NCBI GenBank assembly: GCA_013265495.1
Contig: MU057487.1
Span: 310,001-374,000 of the forward strand
Length of the DNA stretch: 64,000 nt
Direction: 5' to 3'
DNA from: Vicugna vicugna
Lineage: Eukaryota
Each line of letters opens with the position of its first letter. Position 1 is the first letter of the stretch. The position numbers were made by a program, and so were the translations under genes. Positions 52,490-64,000 of this stretch are shown in pieces. The notes under the pieces were generated by a model that saw only the letters and a list, made by a program, of their open reading frames with translations, was not told where the DNA came from and did no database searches.

Positions 52490-52803
52490 TGTTGCTGAGT
52501 CCAAACTCGTTCTGCTCCCCGCTCGACAGGCCAATAAATCAGGAGATGAGGTGTTGGGGCAAGGAAGAGCGACTTTATTTGGAAAGCCAGCGGACGGAGA
52601 GGATGACAGACTAATGTCTTGGAGAACCATCCTGCTCTAGTCAGAATACAGGCTCCTTTTATACAAAAAAATAAGGGAGGGGGTGTGGTTGACTGTTGCA
52701 ATCTTCTTGCTGCAGGCATTCTTTGTTCTTGCAGCCATACCTGTGGGCCAGGTCATGGTGTCCCTGTAAACCTCCAGCAAAACAAAGGTTATTCTCTACT
52801 ATA
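52490..52803 (-). mobile_element. 5' LTR (314 bp)
   Basis: Aligns to 46200-46497 (about 33 mismatches by hand count plus a 16-bp indel); TATAAAA 52657-52663 (-), AATAAA 52574-52579 (-). Confidence 0.95.
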
Positions 52804-52979
52804 CTCCCTTGTGAAAGTGTAGGTGGAGAAGCAGAGGGTGCCTTCCTGAGAAGTAGAGCTCTCTCTCCACTGTGGAAATGTGAGGAGTCAGGGGTGGGTA
52901 AGTGCCCTGCCTAACTTTATGATAATGTACATACAAAAGGCTCTTCATAGCTGATGAAATGCTTAGCTCTGTTTAGGAT

Positions 52980-53315
52980 TTGGATTGAGAAACAAGAGTG
53001 TGACGTGAAACCTGAGCTTTAACAGGTGAGCAGAAATGAGCTAGATTTTTGATGGCTGGAAAGATATTTTAGAGAGAGGAACAGCATAAATAAGGAGAGC
53101 CATAAAATTAAAGGGTGTGTTCAGGGAGCAGTGAGGGGTCCTATGTGGCTAGAACATGGGGAAAGTGGCTAGGGATGAGGGCGGACAGTCCTGCTGAGAC
53201 CAGGTTTTGGAGTATACTTCATTTCACACTAAAAACTTTGGAGATTATTGTATAGTTACTCATTTAAGGCTTTAAGTAGAAAAATGATTTTGATTTTTAC
53301 ATTGAAGGAAAATTC
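52980..53315 (-). mobile_element. L2 fragment
   Basis: 'agagagaggaacagcataaataagg...gggtgtgttcagggagcagtgag...tgtggctagaacatggg'. Confidence 0.6.
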
Positions 53316-55290
53316 CATCAAATAGATATCTATACAAGTGGTAAAATGATAGCTTTGAAACGTAGATACAGAGTTCAGCAGATAAACAGGGTGTAGCTAA
53401 TAATTGTGAACACATCTATGCCTGCTATTTTAGTAGAACTAAGAAACACTTAGATAAGTTTAAAGAGGTAAAAATGCTTTAATTAGTATTCTATGTGATT
53501 GGAGGAACTCTGTAAACTCAGAGAAAGGAAAAGGTAATGAGATTCAAACATGGTGGGATTTTTGAATTGTTGAGATTTCACGCTGCCATCCTCAATATGC
53601 CCCATATCTAATCAGCCACCAAAGCTATGAATTTTCCTTTGAAGTAATTTCACAGCCCATGATTCACTTTTCCATTCTCCAACCATTTCCATTTTTCCCT
53701 GGCCCACATTACCTCATACCTTGGTGATTTTGGCCTGCACTAATCATTTGACAATCTTAATGTCTTCATCGAGTTTTGGTCCTGTATTACCTTTCAAGAT
53801 TAAACTTATGATGTGGTTTCTTCTCCTTTGCATGGATCTGGTTGAGAGTTTATACATAAAGAGCCCTATAGACATGAAGTCCGATGTATATATGGATGAA
53901 GGACAGAGGCAGGGCTTTTGATTCTGTCACAGATTTAACTTATTCATCTTGCCATGGGTGAATGCAGTGACACACATCTGAAGGGTCTTACTGCCTGGAA
54001 ACTGGAAGCCCAAGGCCTAATGCATCTGAAGAAATAAAACCAAGAGGATAAACAAAGGAGAGAATAGACTTTCCTTTTAACTCTTGAGCCTAAGTGACTC
54101 CGATTGGCAGCATTGTCAGTGAAAGTTAGACTCTTACCAATATCATCAAATTGATATATTTTTCTCTTTCCAAGGGGAGGAACAAATATAGAGTAGAGTC
54201 TGAAACATTTCTAGTAATACTATCCTTTCCTTTCCGCGAGTTTGCAATAAAATTTTTCTTAACTTTTAGTTGGGGAATGGATGCAGGGGTAAGCAGGAGT
54301 AGAATCTTATACTAAATTATTCATCTTACGTATTATTTTCTAACCTTTTAGGGTATGTGCCTTTTATTTCTAGCTTGGTGCTCTCTGAGACCAGAGCCCA
54401 TGTATATTGCTTTAGTTTCTTCTAACATCAGTGAATATTTTGAACATATATTTAGATTTAGTTAGACATGCAAAAGGGGTATCATATGGGAAAGTCTCAC
54501 TGCTACAAGATCTAGGTAAGATTGGCTTGAGCTCAGTAATTCCATACCTTTGCAAGGTTTCCATCAGTTTCTAGGGCTTTATGTTTTCATGGTCTTGTCT
54601 GATTGCTCATCTCCTGCTCCCATATGTGCTGTCTTAGCTGTGCATGCAGTTAATTCACAGGGGACCCTAAGAACATTTGTTGTTTTACACACACTCAAAG
54701 CATTTGTGACTAGATATGACTGGCGAACTGACAGTCACAGAGAGAGGTCTCTTGATCAAAACTCTGTCAAAAACATACATCCACATGATGCATTCCTATT
54801 CTCTAAAATCTTTTGCAGTTATCCTTCAGAGATTTCCTGTCTCAGTCCCACACCCAGGCATTATGTTTTATATCCTTCTCTCAGCCTCTCTTTTTTCTTT
54901 TTTTCATTTCCCATGTCCTCCTTCCCATATTTCCCTAGAAATTCTAAATAATTCAATCTTTATTTTGCTAAAAATACAGCTTTCTCTTGCTCTTCTTCCC
55001 AAACACACATAACCAAATCCATTAAAGTGCTTGGTAAAGGACTGCCAGGCATCTATGATTCATTAAGTCTGATTCATTTTGAGTTAATTTTTGTATATGT
55101 TATAAGGCACACAAATGGTATTTTAAATTTCATTTTTCAATTGTTCAGTATTAGTATATAGTTATAGAATATATATTTACCTGTATATAATATGTTCAAG
55201 GGAACAAGCCCACCCTCCTTAGGAGAGACTTATACTATCAATAGCACATTTTTGTTGTTGTTGTTAGACTTAGGATAATATCCTTTCATT

Positions 55291-55399
55291 TCTTTTTTTC
55301 CCTCTCTCTCTCTTTTTTTTAATAGAGGTACTGGGGATTGAACCCAGGACCTCATGAATGCTAAGTACACACTCTACCGCTGAGCTATACCCTCCCCTT
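55291..55399 (-). mobile_element. tRNA-Ala-derived SINE (short vic-1-type copy)
   Basis: Minus strand 'ggggagggtatagctcagcggtagagtgtgtacttagcattcatgaggtcctgggttcaatccccagtacctc' plus A-rich tail. Confidence 0.9.
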
Positions 55400-56492
55400 C
55401 ATATACATTCATATCTATGTTAATTTTTCCTACTTTAATGATAAAGAAATACATATTAAAGCTGTATTAAGAAATCTCAGTGTTCATGTCCTATTAGGCC
55501 TCCTAAAACATAGAATAAAAATGAGTCTGAAAGTAAGTAAAATTTTACAGAATTTTATTTTACAAAATTTAATATGTTAATTGTGCTTATAAAAACCAAA
55601 CCAAAACCCCCCAAACTTTTCCAGTATTGATGGTCTCATGCCTTTTTTTGGATACGGATACATCTTGAATACATAAAGATAAAACCAGAGATAAAGAAGT
55701 CTTTAACAGAAAAGTCAACTGTAAACCTTATTGTTGGGATTAAACACAATGAATTCCAGGTCTCTACAAACAGGAGAAAGTGAAAGGAATACTCAAACTA
55801 TACAGGCAGTTTGAGTGCTGGGAATAGTAAATCTAAGGTGACTGTCTCTTTTCCTGATCTGAGGATACTACTCCTTCCAGTTAACTAGTGGCCAGCAGTC
55901 CTGGTCAGGCGCATACTTTATTCTGGTAGTTACTACATTCAAATAAACCTGAGGCCTTACAATTCTTTTTTTTAAACTTGTATCATTGTCATTACTATTC
56001 TGTAGGTTCCTGGAATCAAGAGCAATATTAACTTATCTTCATGTGACAGTTACAGGACATATTACTATATTTTCTTTACTATATTAATCATTTCATAAGT
56101 TTGGTAACACCAAGATGTCTGCATTTCAAACAAGTTTTATAATCATTTCATTGTTAATGGAATGATGTCAAATATTAAAAATACTTATTCTAAATTGCAT
56201 GTACTCAAGGATAGCAAAGACTTGGACACTCATTTTAAACTATAATTGCACTAGAATAGGATAATAATCTCATTGAGATATGTCATTGAGGATCTAGTAT
56301 AGGCTCATGACTGAACTCTCAAATCTCAGAAGATGCTCTAAGAATCAAGTATTAGTTTAAAAAGGGGGCTCAGGGCGGTGATTGTGTAAAAATAAAAAGG
56401 ATGGCATCTCATATGAGCTGCCATTAGACAATTCCTCTAATGAGCAGAAGGTAAAGTTTTCTTGCTAATCAAAATTAAATTAAAAGCTACTA

Positions 56493-57449
56493 TGGTGTAA
56501 ATATACCACAACTTCTTTATCTAGTCATCTGTTGATGGACATTTAGGTTTCTTCCATGTCTTGGCTATTGTAAATAGAGCTGCTATGAACATTGAGGTGC
56601 ATGTATCTTTTTGAATTAGAGTTCCCTCTGGATATATGCCCAGGATTAGGATTGCTGGATCATATGGTAAGTCTATTTTTAGTTTTTCGAGGAATCTCCA
56701 TACTTTTTTCCACAATGGCTACACCAAACTACATTCCCATCAACAGTGTAGTAGGGTTCCCTTTTCTCCACAGCCTCTCCAGCATTTGTCTTTTGTGGAC
56801 TTTTGAATGATGGCCATTCTGACTGGTGTGAGGTGATACCTCATTGTAGTTTTGATTTGCATTTCTCTGATAATTAGCGGTATTGAGTATTTTTTCATGA
56901 CAGATGACTGAATAAAGAAGTTGTGATACGTTTACACAATGGAATACTACTCAGTGATAAAAAATAATAAAATAATGCCATTCGCAGCAACATGGAGGGA
57001 ACTGGAGATCATCATTTTGAGTGAAGTAAGCCAGAAAGAGAAAGAAAAATACCATATGATATCACTCATATGTGGAATCTAAGGAAAAAAAAGAAAGAAA
57101 AAAAAAAGAGGACACTAATAAACTCATCTACAAAATAGAAACGGACTTGCAGACATGATAAACAATCCTATGTTTACCAGAGAATAGGGGGTGGGAATGA
57201 ATAAATCTGGGAGTTTGAGGTTTGCTAATGTTAACCACTATATATAAAAATAGATTAAAACCCCCCAAATTTCTTCTATATAGCACAGAGAACTATATTC
57301 AATATCTTGTAATAACCTTTAATGAAAAAGAATATGAAAATGAATATATGTATATATATATATATGCATGACTGGAACATTATGCTGTACACCATAAATT
57401 GACACATTGTAACTGACTATACTTAAAACAAAACAAGACAAAACAAAAA
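56493..57449 (+). mobile_element. L1 with 5' inversion (inverted 56493-56899, sense 56900-57449)
   Basis: Antisense ORF2 segment joined directly to a sense segment running through the 3' UTR to an A-rich tail. Confidence 0.92.
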
Positions 57450-58454
57450 CACCTTGGTCCTGTCATCAAAATTGCATGTGATGCCTTTGGTTTGCTAGCG
57501 TCACCCAAAGATAATCATAATGTGATTTTGATTCCACATTCAGTGTGAACCCCTGTTCTGGTCTGACATCTCCTGATAGCAGGGTGTACCCCATTGGCCC
57601 TTCCTTGATTAGCCCAATGGGTCAAGAAGGTAGCACTTTAAGGTAGAGGAACGAACATATCTGTGTTCATTGTCATATCATTCTCAGCTATTTATGAAGC
57701 ACATGAAGTCTCAGGAATGGAAGGTCTTAGAAGGCATTTATTTTCCCTCTGTATTCCCTGCCTTTATTCAGGTCTCTGCTCCACCTTCATCTCTTCCATG
57801 AACTCTTCATTAGTGTTTCATCTTTGCTCTGCAAACTTGGAAGTAATCTCTCCCCACCTCTGGTCTTTTTGGTTTTTGTGTTTTTTCTATGTGCTTACCT
57901 GGTAGCTATCACATTCTTATCTTATTCTTCAGTAGCACAGTGTATCCTCTGAATCTTGTTTGCATGCCTTATAGGACTTGCACAATGCATGGTCCAGGAT
58001 AGGGCTCGATAAATGCATTGACTGAATAATGAGATGCATCCTGCTGTGGGATCCATGAGAGCTAAGAACACTGGATTCTGACATTGCAACTTATGGTGAT
58101 ATTTTATATCCTGTTTGGAGAAGATCTTGGAACTTGATTTACAAGCTCCTCAACATCCCTGCCAAGTGAGCTTCCATTCTCTCCCTGAACAGCTCCCATG
58201 ATGATAAACTCACCTCTTTTCAAGGCAGTCCATTCCATTTCAGACAGCTCCAAGTGTGACTCTCTTCCCCTCTCTCCTGAGAGTATTCTGACCCCAAGAC
58301 TTCGATTTATTATCAGCCCAGCTGAAGCTACTTTAACTTAACTGAGCTAAAAACATTCTCTTGTTTTAATCAGTCTAAACAACTGTCTACATTCTACCTG
58401 ACTATGTTGGAATTTTCTGCAGCTATTTCCTTTTAAATTGCTATTTCTTTCGTA

Positions 58455-58565
58455 GATTAGAGGACTGGAAAAGATCTGGAGAGTAGCTAGTTTGCCTTAC
58501 TTAATTTTCAGGGGATCAAATTGAACCTCAAGAGAGGAAGGGACTTGCTGAAGGTCACCCAGCTT
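58455..58565 (-). mobile_element. MIR SINE fragment
   Basis: 'gactggaaaagatctggagag...agagaggaagggacttgctgaaggtcacccagct'. Confidence 0.55.
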
Positions 58566-60774
58566 CAGCGGCCTTAGCTGCAGTCATCAGCCGCACAGGG
58601 AATGGGGGTGCGTTTGCAGAGGCTGGCCTGCTTTAAGGAGCCAGTAGCTATTTATTCCCACATATTTCACATAGGCAATAATACCATATGCCTCAACAGA
58701 AGCTTTTCACTTTAGAAATACAATATTAATGGCATGAACTTAATTACAAACATAAAAAATCGTCTCCCTCCTCTCAACCCCTTACTTGTTCACTTGCTGG
58801 CATATCACCCATGACCAGGCAGACAACTGTTTGTCTTCTGTCAACTGATTGAGGAGTGATGTTGGGTGGGTGTTAGTTCTTATGAAGAAGAGAAAGTCAG
58901 AAATTCACCATAGGAATGTGCTACAGTAATAAATTTGATGATATAATTTTTAGCTATGAGACAGTTTTGAGTCTCAGAGAGGGATAAATTTTTATAACGT
59001 TAAGTTGCATTTTAATGTTATCCATTGAAATGCATTTGGGTTCAGCACAGGAAACAGATGATATTTGGTCTGAAAACACTGTGAATTTACTTTTTTTCAC
59101 AGATTGTTGCTTACTTTTTAAAAATTTCATGTTCTACTATGCCAGGGAATGACAGCTAGATTAGATTATGTAACTGATAATAGTAAATTGGGGAAATAAA
59201 TAATTAGAGTGGAACGGTGGTTCTGTTCACGGGGAGCATACTCAAAAAAGTTCATATTGCACATGTTTTAACTTTGTTCTGAAACTAAAATATGGACAAT
59301 CTAATAAATTTTAGGGGGACTTCTGCCTAATGGGAGGGGTTTCCAAAGTGAATTCTGATTTTACTCTTTTCCTCATCTCTCTGACATGCTGCTTGAGAAA
59401 AACTATATCTGTGTATAATGTTGTTTTATTTTAAATTCATGTTCTGACTAAATTATTTGATTTTTTTATAATTTCAAAATTTTCAGTAGAAAATAGTTTT
59501 AACCCTGTAGGACAGGTATTTGCTACTCCAGGATAAGAAGTACCTCAAGTAACAAGTAAATGTGGGTGAGGACAATTGGTTAAATGGAATTTTTGTCAGG
59601 ATTTATAATTCTGGAATGCATTTGCCAAGCTGTGTGATGGGCCACATTCTCCTCTCTTCTGTTAGAGTCATTTTAACCCAGTTGCTCTAAAACCTATAGC
59701 CACTTCTATATACTCAAAGGTGGGTTCCCATTGCCTATCCAGTGTGTTATTCCTCTACATCCTGCTACAAAGTGAATGTTCCACCTGTTTCAATCTCCTT
59801 TACAATCTTTGAGCATATCGAGGACTTTGCTTCTGCAATTTCCTCATTCTGGAGTGCCTGAAGAACTTGTTCAAATCATGCGCTGGTAAGGGCCTAATAT
59901 GGATCATCTGTCAACCTCCTTCAAATGACAATCTGTCCTGATTTACTCAGTCTGAATGAAATATTCCTATAGCATATTACTTAACCTCCAGTAAGCATTT
60001 ATATCAACTTCATTTTATGATTAGTTTGTTTCCTATTGATTTATTGAACTTTGCGACTTCCTTATTGGCCATGCGTTATTTACCCCTTTAGCTCCTCTTC
60101 CTCCCATACTTGATACAATGCCTTTCACAGTGCACACAAGCTCACTTGTGGAAGTGATACTACTTAAAAGAATAAAATTTTGCTTCTAAGTCTTACAATC
60201 AGTAGTTCTTGGATGAATCACAGTGCTTAACTCAGTTGATCTGAGTACCATCCTACCAGCTCAATCTTTAAAATTGGATATTAAAGAACAGAGGAAGAAA
60301 ATGAAATATGATTTGATGATTATATCTAAGATATTATTTTAAAAATATCAATATGTTAAACTTTAGAATATATGGATTAAACCACTTGTTTCAATAGGAT
60401 AACATATGCCCAAATGCCTTGGTTAGTTGCATATCTATTTGAAAAGGAAATTAATATTATTGCTCTCCTGTAAGGAAATCTACACAAAAGGGCTAGGATT
60501 ACTGGTAATCACAAGTTGTCCTAAACAGCTGAAATATACCTTCAAGTAATTTCTGAATTGAAAGAAAAAAATCCAGCTTTTAACAACATTTTTCTTTTTT
60601 CATGTTAGCTCCTGTGTACAAATACTTTAATATTACAATTATTGTACTTGAACAAGCATTTCATCTTATATGTATAGCCAAGCATGTTATATGGGTTATG
60701 TTTAATTCTCACAATAAGTTACTAAGTAAATGTTGTATTTTCCCACTATTGTCTAAAGTTAATCTCACCACCTA

Positions 60775-62712
60775 TATTTTTTCCCCAACACTTTTCATTA
60801 AGAAATATAACTTGCACACAGAAAAGTATATAACATGCATATGGACAGTGTGATAGATAACTATAAAGCAAATACCTGTGTAAACATTACCCAGATCAAG
60901 AAACAGAACATTTTATGTAGAAGATTCAGAATAGCTACTGAAGGCAGAGGGTGAGGAAACTATCCAGGTAAACTCATGCCAGTTGAAAGCTCATTCATTT
61001 CCTCCTGTGTTTATACTATCCTGACTTTTATAGCAATACTCTTTGTTTGTCTTTATGATTTTACCAATTATGTATGTATCCCTAAATAAAAAGGTTAGTT
61101 TTTTTTAAACTTTTGAACTATGAATAAGTAGAATAATATTATATGGATTCTTCTGTGACTTGTTTCTGCTTAATTTTGTGTTGGTAACTTTCATTCATGT
61201 TGTTACATGTGACTTTAGTTTGTCAATTCATTCTCAATATTTCATAGTGCCCATTAAATGAATACATCACAGTTTATTTATCCTTTCTACTGAAAACCAC
61301 AGTTTGGCATATTTCCAGTTTGGGGCTATGAACATTTTCTCTTGGTGCACACGTTTCTTTAAGGTATGTACCTACCCATGGTATTGCTTAGTCAAAGGAT
61401 ACATGTGCTTTCATTATACTAGGTAATGCTGCATTGTTTTCAAAGGGAGCGTGTGCATTTATGTTCCCACCAGCAGTGAGATGCTCCAAATCCTGGCCAA
61501 CACTTGGTGCTAGACTTTACATTTTCCAATCTTGGGGATGTTTAGTGTTAATTCATTGCTTTAATTTCCACCTACTCTAATTGTCAGTGAGGTTTAGTGC
61601 CCTTTTTTTTTTAGAAAATAAATTTATTTATGATTTGAATTTTCACATCTATGAAACTTCTTTTCAAGTTCTTTGCCTATTTTTTTTAAATAGGATTTCT
61701 TGTGTTTCTTTTTCTCCCCTGTTTATTTGTGTTTCTCACTGAGTTGACTGTGTATTGAGATCTAGTATGACCAGTTTGCAAATGTCATCTTCTGCTCTGT
61801 GGTTCATTTCTTTACCTTTTTCGTGGAGTCTTATAATAAACAGAAGTTTTTAATTTTAATGTAGTCAAAATTATCTATCTTTCCTTTATAATAACTTTTC
61901 TGTCTTATTAAAGGCCTCTACCCCTAGATTATGAAGATATCCACCTGTATTCTCTTCTAAAAGTTTAAAAATTTTGCCTTTTCCACTTAGATTTTTAATT
62001 CGCCTGCAAGTGATTGGTATATATGGATACTCATTATTGTAGTTCCATTGGTTGAAAAGCCTGTCCTTTCTCCATTGCTTTGGAGTGTTCCTTATAATAA
62101 ATCAGGTGTTCCTTTGTGTGTGGAGTTGTTTTGAGACTTCAATTACATTCCATTGGTATAAATATCTACCTTTGCAATAAAAATTCACCATCTTGATTAC
62201 TATAGCTTTATATAAGTGTTGGTATCCGGGCAAGCTCTTTTTATCTTATTTTTCTTTTTCAATTATGTCTTGGCTATTCTTAGCTTTTTTAAGGCACATG
62301 TAAATTTGCTTGTTAAGTATCCCCCTCACACACTGAAATAACTTGATGATATGGAATTCATTGAATCTATAAATTAATTTCAGGAGAGCCATTTATACTA
62401 GTGAGTTTTCCAATCTGTGAATTTGGTATATATTCTGGTACTTTTAAAAAGTGTTAATGTACATGCCCAGGTAAATTTAATTTTTTTCTTCCCCTCAAGA
62501 TTTATTGATATATGATTGATAAAAATTGTGTATATTTAGGATACACAATGTAATTTTTAAAGGTGTACAAAGTGGTGATTTAATATACATATACATTATG
62601 AAATGAAATTATTTCAGTCTTTGAGGTTTTTTAAAATATAATTCAATAACTCTCTACATCTTTTGTTAGTCTTTTTCTGAGGTGCTTGATGTTTTTCATA
62701 CTGTTATAAATC
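60775..62712 (-). mobile_element. Old L1 (L1ME-like), with a nested younger L1 3' end at ~62495-62605
   Basis: 'cccagatcaagaaacagaacatt...tttccagtttggggctatgaacatt...ttttaattttaatgtagtcaaa...ccatcttgattactatagc'. Confidence 0.75.
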
Positions 62713-62849
62713 CACCTTTGCTTTTGATCATAGTCCATCTGAATCTTCCAAGACCTTGCTCATTACTTCTTCTCTCTAACTAATATTCTCACTATTTCTT
62801 CCTCCTGAGCCAGTCCCTTTATTATATGAACATACTCTCTACCCATTAA

Positions 62850-64000
62850 AAAAGTACTCTAGAAGCTCCCTGTCTGCACTCCTCTCTCTTTCCTCTTATG
62901 GCTAACAACTTGGACTTGTAGTCTACTTGTGTCTCTTCTTTCTTCCTCGTCAGTCACTTCACAATCTGCTGTGATCCGACTCACTGCCACCACCACATTG
63001 CATCTGCTGTCTCCAAGGATCTCCTGAAGGTTGAAGACGGGGGCAATTTTTTTCAAAGACTTTCTGTTGATAGTTTTTGGATTATAGAACATTATTGATA
63101 ATGATAAAACTGTTAGTAATAGCCATAATAATTATAAAACAGTAATAATAACGTCAGTGATAAAATTTATCATTGGGTGAGTTTGTGTGACAGCACTCTA
63201 GGTCCATTATTTTTGCAAACCAGACATTATTATCACAGATAAGATGGCACATTCCATTGTTCAAGGCCACAATGAGTAAGTTCTATAGGGAAATCGGCCT
63301 AATGCGATAGTCTAAACTCTGTCCAATCCTTATCTCTCCCTTAAATTCGGGGCTCTTTCTCTCCTCTGGTTCTCCTTTTGCCCACCCAGCCTCCTTTTCT
63401 TATGTATTTTTCTTATGTTTCTCTTCCACTGCCCGTATCCTTAGTCGGCTTCTCCCCAGGGTTTTGACATGGTCCTCTTCTCACTCTTCCCATCCCTCCT
63501 TGTATGATTTCATCTCTTCCCAAAGCATTAGCTGTTATTAACCATACTATTGTCTTTATATCTAGGCCCTATCATGGTACCTTTCTCATAGCTAACTGAA
63601 TGCTAAATGAATGAATAAGTGAATGAGTCTATAAACTTGTCTGCCAAATTCATATTCCAAGCTCAGCCCTGAGCAGACTGACAGATCTAAAACTATCTTG
63701 TATTTTTGCTGGATGGTGTCCAGGTATTTGAGCTCAATATTTACAAAACTGAGCTCATAATCTTTCCTTCCCCAACCTGCTCCTCCTCTTATATATCTTC
63801 CCTGGTTAAAAGCACCACTCTTCGTCTATTTGCTCATTCATGAAACCTGGCAGTCACAGAACTGTTTTTCCTCATGTCAGCCCCGGAACTCAGGAATCAA
63901 AATCTACCAATGCAGATTTCTTGCATTCTAGTCTTTAGCACCCCATCTCTTGCTGCTGTCCTTTTTGGAGCACCTATATACTTCATATGTTGGTTATTTG
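62850..64000 (+). mobile_element. L2 fragments interrupted by MIR/low-complexity sequence
   Basis: 'ttcacaatctgct...tctccaagg'; 'ctggatggtgtccaggtatttgagctcaatatttacaaaactgagctcat'. Confidence 0.6.

Larger units (their letters stand above)
46200..52803 (-). mobile_element. Non-autonomous class I (gamma-like/MER4-group-like) endogenous provirus
   Basis: Paired LTRs, PBS, PPT-like tract, gag MA stub and env TM remnants; no recognisable pro/pol; 4-bp TSD ctct (46196-46199) / ctcc (52804-52807). Confidence 0.93.

Noticed and set aside
52174..52719. 181-aa ORF, the longest in the window
   Set aside because: Spans LTR, PBS and leader; a GC-rich chance frame with no retroviral protein motif.

Overview
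This is AT-rich mammalian non-coding DNA, most likely camelid (alpaca/llama/camel), inferred from tRNA-Ala-derived vic-1-type SINEs and artiodactyl-type L1 3' ends. I can support no host protein-coding exon. The ORF track contains only L1 ORF2 C-termini, retroviral gag/env remnants and apparently chance ORFs. The young L1s, both SINEs and the ERV lie almost all on the minus strand, which suggests a large intron of a plus-strand gene. The main feature is a ~6.6 kb minus-strand, pol-less class I (gamma-like, MER4-group-like) provirus at 46200-52803. It has two ~300 bp LTRs, a tRNA-Arg PBS, a gag MA stub, a long AT-rich spacer and a nested L1. Its 3' half looks like a mosaic of several retroviral 3' ends: two different env TM tails, two 'CAGCAGGAA' env-end motifs and a probable captured fragment of a foreign LTR. 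A splice donor/acceptor pair could express a 68-aa TM peptide from it. Other notable items are a dense AP-1/TEAD/RUNX motif cluster (7794-8567), a twin-primed inverted L1, three L1 copies truncated at nearly the same point, and a SINE/L1 chimera inside one TSD. Ancient repeat boundaries and family names are by eye and from memory, not from a database search.
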